A stretch of 64,000 bases of DNA from Lingula anatina (GCA_051362555.1 CM120647.1:15476651-15540650); one strand, 5' to 3'. Numbered from the stretch's first letter, positions 11,901 through 25,119 are shown. Notes: a model not told the origin generated them from the letters alone. Translations and numbers: made by a program.

Positions 11901-12960
11901 GTGTGTGTGTGTGATGGTGGACTGCTGGTACACTTTGGACAAGCAGGTAATATCTGTCGGTAGAAGAGGCTTTAACAAATGGTCATTGCTTTATTACGTT
12001 GAGTTGTGTAATAATGATAAAGGAAATGTTTGAAACAAAATATCTTGTTGGGACAATATCTCATGTCGACGTTATTCTGTATATTTCCTTGTTGAAGACT
12101 GATAATTTTGCTCAATAACAGAGATAATTCAAATGGAAAACTGGTGTGAATTATCTAAATTTTGAAAGTTTTAGGTATTTTTTACAAATTCTGTGAATAT
12201 TCTCGCTTTTCTCACGATCTGGTTTTCTCAATATCCAGAGGTAGATTTTCAATAAGATGAGAAATAAGATATAGTGAAAATTAAATTCCAAAATTATAAA
12301 TTATGAGTAAAATAAAATGAAAGCTAAAAACAACAATAATTAAATTAAAATAATCTTAAATTAGTTTAAGGTAAATGCACAGTTCTTTGAAGATGTTGTA
12401 CGAAAGATGTGAATACGTCTGGTCTATTACAAATGCATCTTTGCTTGCCTTTATCTTATTAGTTCGATATCAGATAGTAAGATTTAATTAAAATAATGAA
12501 ACTATGCAAATTAAATTAAGTTGAGGTTATCACTTGTATGTAAAACAAATTGGAATTTTACCACGACAAAAAGGGTAATGGTGACAAAATTGTTTAGGTT
12601 GAAAAATGAGAGAGCGCTTCTGCTTTTAGACGTTGCTTTGACAAATGATAATGATTTTGTTGCATAACACCGTGAACAGTCGGTGTTGGAAACAGAATAT
12701 ACCTTCCTGGGTCCATATTTCATGACAATTTTATTCTGTGTTTCCTTAATGAAGATTGATAGGGATTTGCTTGCACTGAAACGTATAAATAGCGGCTTGG
12801 GTTGCAAATCTCATCGTAGAGAACTGATCCAGTCTCCTGCTACGACAACTTCCATTGGAACAATGAAATCGTGCGCTCTTCTTGTGCTCTTGGTGCTCTT
12901 TGTTGCTGTTGTCATAGAAGGTGAGAGACACAAAGTATTTAATTAAAAGTATTTAATAAT
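8880..12960 (+). repeat. Segmental duplication block 2 (copies at about 49690-55640 minus the Tc1 insertion, and about 57050-59850 plus 61700-62510)
   Basis: Collinear near-identity, reflected in paralogous spurious ORFs 9629-10051, 50580-50847 and 57680-58003. Confidence 0.9.
10210..11085 (+). mobile_element. Truncated, degenerate Tc1-like transposase relic carried in the duplicated unit
   Basis: Homologous to 59930-61560 and 62625-64000, which retain Tc1 C-terminal motifs; truncated at the same point (gaaccacttg|actatc) as 51085-51960 and 58160-59035. Confidence 0.6.
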
Positions 12961-13818
12961 GACTTGAAGTGTAAAATCTGAAGCGAAGAAAAGGGGTACG
13001 TCAGAACTGAGATCGTAATCTAGGCAGACGTTATCTCCGCTAGGGGGGAATTTAATCTGAAATGTTACATTAGTATGTCGTAATTTGACCAAAAGAGGTC
13101 GTGATCAAAATCACACCCAATAAGATATACTAAAAATGTAAAATTGTTTAAACATAAATTACAGCATCCAACTAAATAAAGTGCAGTGTTCAGTAATTCA
13201 AAATTTGCAGATAGAAGTGAGTGCTTACTGACAGTGGTATTTTGCTTCCCTTTGAAACACAAAGTGAAACGTATAATTCTGCCTTAATTTGTATTTCCAT
13301 AAACTATCTTGACACTGTCAAGATAGAAAATATCTCACTATATATGCAAAACCATTATAGTATCTTCCATGAGAAATGTCTGTTCTTTGTATTTCACTCT
13401 CAAAAATAAGCTAAAACAGCCAAAAAGATTATTTGTCACTACCGACAAATACCGGTAAGAAATTGAATGGAATGGAGACCAGAAAAATGTATTTGGAGTT
13501 CACAAGGGCATGGATAGTGCCACGCATTACCCACTACTAAGCAAAGTTGGAAAGAACGCAAAATTTAAGTTCCACTATGTTGCTTTCCTTCATTAACATT
13601 TAAATTGAGAAATAACGCGTAAAATAAATGCACATGGACTTTCAGTAACACCTTTATATTTTGCATTTTTTATTTTGATATAAGACACAGCCGGACAAAG
13701 TATAGCGCGTGCTACGTGCTCCTGCTGTGGACAAACATGTCATACCGACCATGGGACTTGCTACTGCGTCGGCAAGCCCCCGAATTGCCGCTGTGGTGCC
13801 AGCGATTACACAAAATAA
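12863..13818 (+). CDS. Secreted cysteine-rich peptide, copy B (63 aa): MKSCALLVLLVLFVAVVIEDTAG-QSIARATCSCCGQTCHTDHGTCYCVGKPPNCRCGASDYTK
   Basis: Exon 1 12863-12920 and exon 2 13685-13818 (AAG acceptor); TATA 12784; homologous 3' exon from 14381; AATAAA at 14502 and 14515. Confidence 0.85.
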
Positions 13819-14186
13819 ATGGTGCTGTGATCACATTGTTCATGCCAGTATTTTCACTAATATATATTCAGACCAGCTACTTTTTTTAACATAAATATGT
13901 TGATAACTGTGCTTATCTGAGACTGATAAAACCGATTATTAAATTCCACAAGTCAAATTGGTGATATTGTTGTTAGAGATTATGAGAAGGAATTAATGGC
14001 TCATTTAAACAAAGTGTACTGACTCCACAGAAAAGTTTTTCTTTTCATAACAAATTAAGTTTGCCTAAATGCATTAGTTTAAAGACCGAAACAGAAAACC
14101 GATATAAACGTTTCTTGAATTTTTTTTTCAAGAAAGAAAGAGAGAGAGGAGAGAAAATGAGAGTGAGCTGAGACAGAGAGAGCCAT

Positions 14187-14242
<56 letters not shown>

Positions 14243-14960
14243 TATATTATCTAAGGCAACCACATTATGTTCATTCAAGTAACTTAGTAGAACAAATGCA
14301 TATTGAATTATATATGGTCATATTAATGCAACGGTTTGTTATTTTACAGTTTAAAATTACATTTTTTGTTTTGTTTTCAGGATAGCCGCCCGTCCAAAGT
14401 AAGCATGACCAGTTGGACATACGGAAGAAAACAGGAAATTAGTCACTCAGCTAAATGTACAGCTGCTGTATTTGGACTTTTTTGTGAATTTTGAGTTCAA
14501 CAATAAATGGTCATAATAAAGAATGTAGTAAATACGCTGTATTTACTGCATTGTCAAAGCTCTAATTTTACTGCCTTTGTCGTTGTTGGAAATCGTTTGA
14601 ATGCTTGATATGTGTATTAAGCCAATGTGTCATTAGCATTAATATTAGAGGCTCTATCATTTATTTCGTAAAAATGGATGAAAAACTAAATTCATCAAGT
14701 TCGCTTTCTTTAAACGGAATGCATATATATTACCTTCAGATGTAGTTATGGTGGGGCAATTTTGTGCATATAACAGGTTAGTCATATCAAATTTTTTGTG
14801 GCCATTGTTATGATATATTATAAACTGTATTTATGTATCATTAAAACAATGGCTACAGCTGGCTCTGCAGAAAAAAAAAAACATTTTTTCATAACAATTA
14901 CCGTTTGCCGAAAGGCATAAGTTTAATGACCAAAGCAAAAATAGCGACAGAAATGTTTTT

Positions 14961-15003
<43 letters not shown>

Positions 15004-15415
15004 ATGGTGTGCATGCGTGCGTGTGTTCGAGTGATAAATAAATAATTACCCTACGATACACTTACTTAATGAAATTATAATCGCCAATATTTGCTAGGAC
15101 CAAAAGATGTGAAGTATTTTCGATGACATTTTTTAAAACAATTTGTGTTACTGAAATAAGGGAGATATCTTGCTTATATAAGTGACATAAGATATCACCT
15201 GGAATTCTGACAAAACTGTAATGATAATATTTAAAAAAATATGAAGCATATTTATCATATTTAGTAGTCTGATTCTTCATATATACGTGCATATTTATTT
15301 TTATCTGTGTTCTTGCTTCTGCATTAAATTTGATAAACTGATTCACATACCAATTGTTAACAGACTGGTTTATCATCGTCGTACAAGACGCAGGGGCTTC
15401 CATTCTTACATTGTA

Positions 15416-15583
15416 CAAGGGGCGGATCCAGAGATATTCTCTGAAAGTCTTCTAAATTATTTTTGTTGGTCCATCCTACATTTTTGACCGTCTACTGACA
15501 AAAAAATAGATACCCGTCAATCTAAACTTGAAAATCTAACCTTCTTTCCGAAAGACCAAGAAGACTGCCTAAATCCGCCCCTG
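15416..15583. mobile_element. Short MITE-like insertion
   Basis: Ends CAAGGGGCGGATC / AATCCGCCCCTG, flanked by TTGTA on both sides; the homologous site near 1385 (ttacattgtatgtaacagc) is empty. Confidence 0.6.
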
Positions 15584-15694
15584 TTGTACGTATTAGCTTC
15601 CCCCTAACCAAGGATTTCTCTTCTAACTACATATAATATCAAGAAATAATATTATATGATAATTTGATGCAAATGACACTTGAAGAAACTGACT

Positions 15695-15833
15695 CTTTAA
15701 TGGTCTCTCCGCCTCTTACTCGGCTCCCCACGCGTCGTCCCTCGACCGGTTGAATTGAGAAGAGGTTTAATTAGTGTGCCCCTGCAGAGACGACGCGCGG
15801 GGAGGCATGTGAGAGGCGGAAAGACAATTAAAG
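15695..15833. mobile_element. GC-rich hairpin element (MITE-like)
   Basis: About 47-bp imperfect inverted arms CTTTAATGGTCTCTCCGCCTCT..CCCCACGCGTCGTC / GACGACGCGCGGGG..AGAGGCGGAAAGACAATTAAAG. Confidence 0.6.
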
Positions 15834-15968
15834 GATTACGCGGTTTTCCTTTCATGTAGGTCCGACATATTTAGGGCTCGTCCTTGCTAGACCTCGGCTC
15901 TTCTCGATGTAAATGCTCTCTATTTGGCCCAAATCCTGTAAAATTCAGTTTAGAATTCAGGTCTACCT

Positions 15969-15999
<31 letters not shown>

Positions 16000-18900
16000 T
16001 TCTGAACAATTAGCAATGTCATTTTGTGACAACAACGATGCAATCATTCATGAAATGGAAGTCTATTTAAATACCAGACAAAATGTTCCGTTAATTAATA
16101 AAGAATGAATAAAGAAATATTAAAAAAAGGGAAAAGCACTCTAAAATGCAAATCTCACATCTTCCCCCGTAATTGGACTCAGTTGCCATGAGTCATGTTA
16201 AATATGACATCTAGAATAAAATCACTGGTGAAAATGCTTAACAGATGTGAGATGATCATTTGTAAACAAACACATGGGATTTAGGGGGGACAACCGTTTT
16301 GATTAAATTTGTACACACACAATACAAAATGTTTTGCATTATTTCATTTTTACTGGCATTTTGTCATACACCTACCGAAAATCGAGAACAGTAGCACTGC
16401 ATGGAGCGTTATGATTCCTTCGACACGTGCTACTGTTATAAGCAGTTGGAATGATTTATGCTCCACTCTGCGTATTAAAAGTTTGGCTCAATTTCACTGC
16501 CACGGTATTTTGCCGCCTCCTGTTTTCGGCGACGCCTACAAGAGCGTGTTGCAACCACTAGGGTGTATTGCCCAAGACTCTTATAACCGTTGACACCTTT
16601 GTGCATGTAACAGCTATAGCATGCCCATAAAGCAGGATCTAAAAGGATCTTTCTGAGAGACGTTTCCATGTTTTTCAAAATAAGTGTCTTTACAGCACGA
16701 TGCATGTAATGCTATTTAAGCACATAATGCTTAAAGAGACAATTTGCCTTTTGCACGACGTTTCGTATTTGATTTAGGTAGCACAATAAACGTTAAACCT
16801 TGGTCTATACATAAGAACAATATTTACTGTAGATTTCGATTTTTTTTATTTCGTAAATGGAAAAAAAAATACTGTAAATTTCAAACCTTGTCTATAAATC
16901 CCAAATGTATTTATATTTTGTAATTGGAATGTGGAAATATGAATATTTATAAGTTGGAAACGTGTTCACAAATTGTGACGTTGTCACGTTGGTGATCGAT
17001 TCAAGGCTTATCTGCTGACATTTCCAAGGAAGGTGATCTTAGGCTTTATAATGGTCTAACATGAATTACTTTTCTTTGAAATTTTGAAACTAAACTGCCT
17101 ATATTCCATCTCGGATGCGGAGCACAATACTGTAATGAGGACAGAAAGCATCTCTAGCAGGCGTTTATTAACTGTCTGTAAACAAAATTAAAAAAAATAA
17201 AAAAAAATAATAAATAAATAATTTCGATTGAATTTGAAATTTTGTTTATTGTGTAGATTCATTTGTTAGAAAGCAACATCCTCCTCACCAATCAACAGCA
17301 GATGATTTAGAATAGTAAAATTATTATTGCGTGCCATTGACGGTTTTACTACAACGACAAAAAAGGGTCGACTTTTTATTTTCAAAATTGTCCCGTGTGT
17401 ATTAAAGAATAAAGGAAGCATGTACACTTGTAGAAAAAAAAGAAGTGCAGAAATAAATGTGCTGGTAGATTGCATTAAAAAGGAAGGACTTTAAAGAAAC
17501 TAGTGATACTTGTAATTAAAAGACGCTTTAACAAATTGTTATTGTTTTATTACGTTGAGTTGTGTAATAATGATTAAGGAAATGTTTGAAAAGAAAATAC
17601 CTTGCTAGGACCATATCTCATGTCGACGTTATTCTGTATGTTTCCTTGGTGAAGACTGATACTTTTTGCTTGGTAACAGAGAAAAACAAATGGAAAACTG
17701 GAGTGAATTTTCTTTAATTTGAAAGTTTAAGAAAACTTTAAAATGCTGTGAATATTCTCGCTTGCGATTTAAAGATAATACGTTGCGGCACGATGTGGTT
17801 TTCACAATTACCAGGGGTCGATATTCGATAAGATAAGATATAAAATATAATGAAAAATTAAAATTCCAAAATTGTAAGTTATGAGTTAACCCAAATAAAG
17901 GCTAAAAACATTAATAATTGAATTAAAAAAATATTTATTAAGTTTAAGGTAAATGCACAGCTCTTTCTAGATGTTGTACGAAAGATTTGAATACGACTGG
18001 TTTAATGCAAATGCATCTTTGCGTGCTTTTATCTTATGCGTACCAGTTCGATATTAAAAAGTTATATTCCCATTTTTAATGCAAAAATAAAAAAAAATGA
18101 ATAAATAAATAAATAAATAAAGATAACAATATTGAATAAAGTAATAATAAACTATTTGACCAAAATCCTGTTGAATTCAGTTAAAATAGATTTATTCAGG
18201 TCCACTTAAAAATAGAAATCATTATTCTGAACAAGTAACAGTGCGGTATTTATATAAGAATATAATTTGAATTTATATCTAGCAACCAGACAAAATGTTC
18301 CGTCAATTAATAAATGAATAAAGAAATATTACAAAAGAGAAAAAACTAAAAAAAAAAAATCAAATATACACTGGTAGTTTGTATTTAGTTACCATGGGTC
18401 ATGTTAAATATGACATCTAGAATAAAATCACTCGTGAAAATGGCTAACAGACGTGAGATGATCATTTGTAAACAAACACGTGGGATTTAGGGTGGGACAA
18501 CATTTTTGACCAAGTCTGTACACACGCAATATCCAATATTTTGCATTATTTCATTCATGTTGGTATTTTTTCATTCACCTACCGAAAATAGCAGTGGACA
18601 GTAGCACTGCATGGCGCGTTATGCTTCCTTCGACACGTGCAATGTATTGTGGTTCACTCTGCAAGTGAAAACTTTGCCTCAGTTTCACTGCCACGCAATT
18701 TTGCCATTCTTTGACAGTTATGATCTAACTTCTTTGGCTGTTGTAATGTGTGTTGGCTACAGTCACTGGATGACTATTGCGATGACCCTGTAGCAACGGT
18801 GTGTCGTTACCGAGCGAGACACCTGTAACAACACAATAGGCATCTTTAATGCTGTTTCTCTTTATTTTTCTTTGATTTGACATCATTGTTTGCTGGGTCT

Positions 18901-19230
18901 GATACTGGAGTTTGTGACCCATGTTCCTTCTCCAGATCATTTAACCTATGTTTGGGGTAAATGGCCGTTGGCTCTTAAAGGAGCTAGCCGCCCTTTGTCG
19001 GGTTTTGTTTTTAGTCCTGCTGGGCAAGCCCAGTGGGGGAGCCGTTTTAGCCGCAGACAACAGGTAGTACTGGTTTACGTTACCACTAGCAGGCGAAACT
19101 GACTTGACTGGCTTAGCATTTCTAGCGGGCTTTAATTAAACGTTTTAAGGCACAATTATTAGTTTCGCTGTGTGTTTCAAAAGGAAGCGAAATACCATTG
19201 TAAGTATAAGCACTCACAACTGCCTATCTG

Positions 19231-20906
19231 CAGTGTATGAAATGGCCGCCTGCCCGCCAGCCCGAGGCTGGTAACTTTCAGGCCGGGCGGGTAAGATTTG
19301 CAAATTACCCGCCCGACGGGCTGGCTAATTTACAGCCTATTTTCACCTTTTATTTTGTCTATGTTCACAAGCGATTTCAGCAAAATAAACTCACTGTTTT
19401 CACCCACTTTCACAGAAGCAAAGAACTAACCATAGCTTGCAATCGAACGCTCGTATCGAAATGTAACCAACAGTCTCCCTCTCAGTGGCCTCGTTTTCGA
19501 AGTTCCGTCTGTGTGATATGAAGTTGAAAGACAATTTGAAACGAGGCACATTGTTCTTAACCAGCTTCAGTGCACAGCAGATAACGTTACGTCATTGTTT
19601 TGTGTAGAGGAGATACCGCGAGTAGCAATTTGTAGGTTGAGAGTAATAAAAATGTGATAGTATAAAAAGTTACGATATTGATTAAATAGACTTATAGGTA
19701 CATGAAGTGCTTATAATCAACAGTAATAAAGGCAACGGAGGCAAATTAAAGGAGAATTTTACAAAAATTTGAATCCCAAAATTATGAGTGAACGTGCGAG
19801 TTTACGCCGTGCGTCAGATATAGTTCTTTTCCCACGTGCTTTCATCCTGGGCTGTCAAAAATGAAAAAAATTCTATCAAGTCCGATAGAGAAGTTCACAA
19901 AAGAAAAACAATTGAGGAAAGAAATAAAAATAACAAAGATTACGACAGAACCAGAACAAATTGGGACCCATGGAAATTAAGGTGACTTCAATTTGCAAAT
20001 AGTCGAGCGGCAACATTTTTTGTGGTAGGCCTAACTCGAAAGTATCACGCATTGCGACCGAGCGCAAGCATCTCGATCCAATAACTCGCCCATACTCGCC
20101 CCATATAATATATTGTAGCCTCTATGTGATATATATATAGCTATTCTCAATAAGCAATGAATTGACTACCCCCCCCCCCCGCCCTCCCTCAGGACTGTCT
20201 ATGGGCGATTAGCGTGCAGGACCGTTCCCGACTGCTTTTTGAAGCTTAAAATCGATATTCAAAGGGACCCTCATGCTGAATTCTTTCTTCTTTATTGTCA
20301 GCAAAGAGATCGATTTATTTGACAACAATATATATATATTTGGTCATACTTGTTGCTACACAGAAAAGCAAAAATTATGATCATGAAATCGGAATAATAG
20401 TTATAAATGAATTATTGAAGAAGAAATGAGACAGCCTGCAAGGTGAACATAAACTGAATTGACTACCCCCCCCCCCCCGCCCTCCCCCGCCCACTAAAGG
20501 GCCCTGAAAATTTTTGGTATTTTAGATGGTGAATGGTGCCATTTGGTATGGTTTAGAACTATGATTCAACTAGTGAAAGTCTTATTTCAAGAGGTGAGTT
20601 TTTTTTTTTGCAGAAATTAAAAGGGGGGCGTCAGGGCCCCCTGACCCCCCTCTAAATCCAACACTGACAAGGTATCATTCGGTAGAAAATCCAACCAATT
20701 TCTAAATTTCCATGCATAAGGCATGATATTGCCCTTTCATTTCCAAATTACTCTCCCAAGAATGCATTCTATACCCCCTCAGCATACCTCTCTTAACTCT
20801 AGGGGTTATTATACCTAGGGCAGGTAACTACATGGCCGGGCTGGTAACTTTTCAGAGTTACCTGCCCGGCGGTCTGGCTAGTAATTTCCTTGAATTTCAT
20901 ACACTG
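19231..20906. mobile_element. Non-autonomous DNA transposon (hAT- or P-like) inserted in intron 1 of copy C
   Basis: 13-bp TIR CAGTGTATGAAAT / ATTTCATACACTG; CTATCTG duplicated on both flanks; GC-rich subterminal repeats (gctggtaacttt, cccgcc); paralogous introns have the empty site. Confidence 0.85.
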
Positions 20907-21144
20907 CTATCTGCAAATTTTGAATTACTTTACAAATTTTGAATTACTTTTTTAGTTTATCTTATTGAGTGTGATTTCGATCACGACCTTTTTTGTCAAG
21001 TTATGACATACTAATGTAACATTAAAATTAAATTTGCCCCTAACGGAGATAATATCTGCCTAGATTACGGTCTCAGTACTGACGTATCTCTTGTCTTTGC
21101 GTCCGTTACGCTTTAAGTCATTATAAAAACTTTGAGAATCTCAC

Positions 21145-21202
21145 CTTCTATGACAACAGTGGCAAAGAGTACTATGAGCACAAGAAGAACGCAAGACTTC
21201 AC
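21145..21202 (-). pseudogene. Copy C exon 1 (inverted; ATG mutated to GTG)
   Basis: Minus strand reads GTG-KSCVLLVLIVLFATVVIE-G|GTGAG, with the TATA box at 21274-21281. Confidence 0.85.
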
Positions 21203-22611
21203 TGTTCCAATGGACGTGGTCCTATCAGGAGACTCGATCAGTTCTCTACGATGAGATTTCCAGCCCAAGCCGCTATTTATACGTTTCTGTGCAAGCAAAT
21301 CCCTATCAATCTTCAGCAAGGAAACACAGAATAATAATGTCATGAAATATGGTCCCAGCAAGGTATTTTCTGTTTCAAACTTTTCCTTAATCATTTATAC
21401 ACGGTGTTACGTAAGAAAACCATTATCATTTGTCAAAGCGACGTCTAAAAGCAGAAGCGCTCTCTAATTTTGTTTTCTTTTTCTCCTTTTTTAGTTCCTA
21501 ACCTAAACAATTTTGCAAACATTGCCCTTTTCCTGTCGTGATACAAATGATAGGCAAAACTTAATATAATTTTCATTGTTGCATTATTTTAATTCAAATT
21601 CTGAAAAAAAGTTTATTTTGTAAGGGAAATCTTACTCTCTAATATCTATACATAAGATATGCATAAAATACAAGCACGCAAAAGATGCACTTCCAGTAGA
21701 CCCGTCGTATTCGCATCTTTCGTACAACATCTGAAAAAATGCTGTGAATTTATCTTAAACTGAATAAATAAAAACAATAATTTAATTATTGCTACTTTTA
21801 AAGATTAATTTTATTTTACTCGCGGCTTATATTTGTTGAATTATAAATTTCACTATATTTTCTTCTTATATTATTGGAAACTGACCTCTGGACTTTCTTG
21901 AGAAAATCAGACCATCCAGCAATATTTTAACTTTAAATCGCCATTGAGAAGTTTCACAACTTTCGTTTTAATGATGAAAAACTTCCCCTTGATTCTGTAT
22001 TCTGCACTCGCCAAACACAGCTGCAAAAGATATTCCTTTATTATATGGACTATTTTGTGGCTGGTAAAGAAATATTCTCGCCCCTAATGATTGCATAAAT
22101 ACAATATGTAAATGTATTAAAATTTTATCAATCTTCAACAAAGACACATACAGAATGAGATATGGTCCCAGCAAGGTATTTTCTGTTTCAAACATTTCCT
22201 TAATCATTATTACGTAACTCAACGTAAAAAAACAATTATCATTTGTTAAAGCGATCTTAATGACAAGTATTACCTGCTTGTTCAAAGTCCGCCCTGCTTA
22301 ATGCAATCTACCAGCACATTTATTTCTGCACTTCTTTTTTTCTACAAGTATACATGCTTCCTTTATTCTTTAATACACATAGAATAATATCAAAAATTAA
22401 ACCGAGCCTTTTTGCCGTTGAAATAAAACAGTCACTTACACACTATGATTCATTCTTAAACATCTGCTGTTGATTGGTGAGGAGGATGTTACCTTTTAGC
22501 AAATGAATTTACCACGTATATGATAAACAAAATGACAAATTCAATGAAAACTAGTCAATTTGTTTAGTTTAATTTGCATTTTTATAATTCATCTTGACAC
22601 TGTCAAGTTAG

Positions 22612-22615
<4 letters not shown>

Positions 22616-22686
<71 letters not shown>
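22616..22686. repeat. (AT)n microsatellite
   Basis: TA run at an intron 1 position homologous to the run at 55989-56066. Confidence 0.95.
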
Positions 22687-22688
<2 letters not shown>

Positions 22689-23018
22689 GTAAAACCATTA
22701 TAGTCTCTTCTATGAGGTGTGCCTGTCCTTTGTAAATCACTCTCAAAAATATGCTAAAACAATCCAAAATATTATTTGTTACTACAAACAAGAACCAGTT
22801 ATAAATTTTATTTAGACCAGGAAAATGTATTTGTTCAGAATGGGCAAAGATGGTGCCACCAATTACTGGCACTACTCCTAAGCAAAATTAGAAAGAACAC
22901 ACGTTTTATGTCCACTGTGATATTTTCTTCAATTAACATGTGAATTGAGAAATTACGCGCAAAATAAAGGCACATGGACTTTCAGTAACACGTTTTTATT
23001 TTCATTTTTTAAAGATAG

Positions 23019-23158
23019 ACACAGCTGGGCAAAGTGTAGCTAGTGCTTCGTGCGCATGCTGTGGTCACACGTGTAGCAGCGACCATGGGAGTTGCAGGTG
23101 CGGCGGAAGGCCACCCCACTTCTACTGCCTTGCAGTTGATCAGACAACAACAAATTAC
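23019..23158 (+). pseudogene. Copy C exon 2: DTAG-QSVASASCACCGHTCSSDHGSCRCGGRPPHFYCLAVDQTTTNY
   Basis: TAG|AC acceptor at 23017-23018; Cys7 TGC>TTC; detached from exon 1 by the inversion; intron 2 homology ends near 23540 and no exon 3 follows. Confidence 0.85.
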
Positions 23159-23770
23159 GTAAGGGGTGTTGTGATGAGATTGTTCATAGCAGTGTTTCCA
23201 CAAATACATTAAGGCCAGCTACAAGTTACACATAAAAATGTTGATTATTGTCCAAACCTTAGACTAGTAAATTCTACAAATCAATTTGGTGATATTGTTG
23301 TGAGAAATCATGAGAATGTATTAATGGCTTGTAAAAACACCACCAAAGAAAACTTTATAATAGAAAATACAGTTTGCCCAAAGTTATTAGTTGAGAGACC
23401 GGAAAAAAATAATGAGATGGACGGTCTTGTAAAATCTATTAAAGAGAGAGATAAAATGTGGGGGAGGGAAGGTGAGGCGGAAGGAGAACCAGGTTGTACG
23501 TGTGTATGTCATTTACTCTGTCATATTTGGCGTTTATTTCGAAACCTCTATTCTTGACTTCAACAACATTTCTGCGCTTAAGTCATAAAATTATGTATGT
23601 AATTTTCTCTAATTGGGGGGAAACCAAGGATATATAAGTAGCCCCTTTTCAACGAAACATATGTTAATAGCAGTATTTAATCTGAGCAGATATCCAGCAC
23701 GTGCTGGTAATTATAGTTTAAATGAATAGCAATATAGTGATAGAGTATAGTGATATAGGTTTACACAGGT

Positions 23771-25119
23771 CATCATCATTTAGAGCCTATAGTGTTCCAC
23801 TGTTAGACAAAGGCCTCAGCATGCTTTTTCAATTGTTTCCTATCCTGAGCCTCAGATTTCCAGTTTGGCCAAGGTTTCTTCTTCCACGACTTCCAGTAGT
23901 CCCTCCATCGTTTCACTGGCCTTCCTCTTTTTCTTTGTCCATACCTTGGGGTCCATTCTGTAAGCCTGATTGTCCACCTATTGTCCTTCATTCTTTTGAC
24001 ATGTCCTGCCCACCTCCATTTCATTTCTTTAACTGTGAGCAGTACGTCCTTCACTTTGGTCTGTTCACGTAACCATACATTCGTTTTCCGCTCTCTTGGA
24101 TTGATGTTCAACATAATTCTTTCCATCTTTCTCTGAGCTACTTGTAGCTTGTGTTCCATCGAGGCATTCAGTGCCCAGGTCTCTGAACCATAGGTGATTG
24201 CCGGCAGCACACAAGCATTGAACACTTTCTTTTTCAGGCGGGTAGGAAGGTTGCTCTTGAAGATGTCATTGTGCTTCCCATATGCTGCCCATCCTGCTTT
24301 TATCCTTCGTTGGATTTCTTTCTCCAGTGTTCGATCACTAAGGCTGAACCGTTGCCCAAGATATATATACTCTTCCACTGCTTCTATCTCTTTGGTGTTG
24401 ACTTTCACTGTGCAAGGGGTGGTTAGTGGTCCAAACATCACCTTTGTCTTGCTGGTGTTCATCTTTAGCCCATTTTTTGCGCTTTCATCTGCTAACGCCT
24501 GTAGCATTTCTTCTAGGTCTTTTGCATCATCTGCTACTATTATGATGTCGTCTGCAAACCTAAGGTGATTGAGCCTGGTACCATCTATGTTTATGCCCTT
24601 GTCTTGCCAGTCTAGATCCCTGAATATACGTTCCAATGCTGCTGTGAACAGTTTAGGAGAGATTGTATCTCCTTGGCGTACACCTTTCTTGATCCTGATC
24701 TTATTGGTGGTCTTGTGTAGTTTGACTGTTACAGAGCTATCGGTGTTTATGTCTCTGAGGACGTCTATGTATCCATCTTCGATCCCTAGATCTTGCAGGG
24801 ATGCCAGTATATACTGGGTTTCTACTGAGTCGAAGGCTTTTTCATAATCAACGAATGCTACACATAGTGGAATGTTATACTCGAGACATTTCTCTTTGAG
24901 CTGGTTGACAGTGTGCATATGATCAGAAGTGGTGTACTGGCCTCTGAAACCTGCTTGTTCCTTTGGCTGCGCTTCATCTAGTTGTCTTGTTAGCCTTTCG
25001 GTCAATATTTTCGTGTAAATCTTGTAAAAATTAGAAAGTAGGCAGATGGGTCTGTAATTCTTGATGTCTTTCCTATTGCCCTTTTTGAACATTATGATCA
25101 TGTTGGCGTTCTTCCATGC
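23771..25119 (-). mobile_element. 5'-truncated RTE-clade LINE (reverse transcriptase fragment, open frame)
   Basis: ORF 23803-25152 has NYRPICLL, QAGFR, FVDYEKAFDSV, GVRQGDTISPKLF, LRFADD and KWRWAGHV; (TGA)n 3' tail; 9-bp TSD TACACAGGT at 23762-23770 and 25120-25128; empty paralogous site near 2090. Confidence 0.92.

Larger units (their letters stand above)
19145..22572 (-). other. Local inversion (about 3.4 kb) containing the promoter, exon 1 and 5' part of intron 1 of copy C
   Basis: Re-inverting between TTAA 19145-19148 and TTAA 22569-22572 restores both the upstream module (cgttttaa-actaaacaaattgac) and intron 1 (attgtgcc-ttaa-tttgcatt) as seen in paralogues. Confidence 0.85.

Noticed and set aside
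13709-13894. ORFs MLRAPAV.. (also 36733, 56390) and antisense ORFs over exon 2
   Set aside because: Alternative frames of the GC-rich Cys exon; the splice phase selects the Cys frame.
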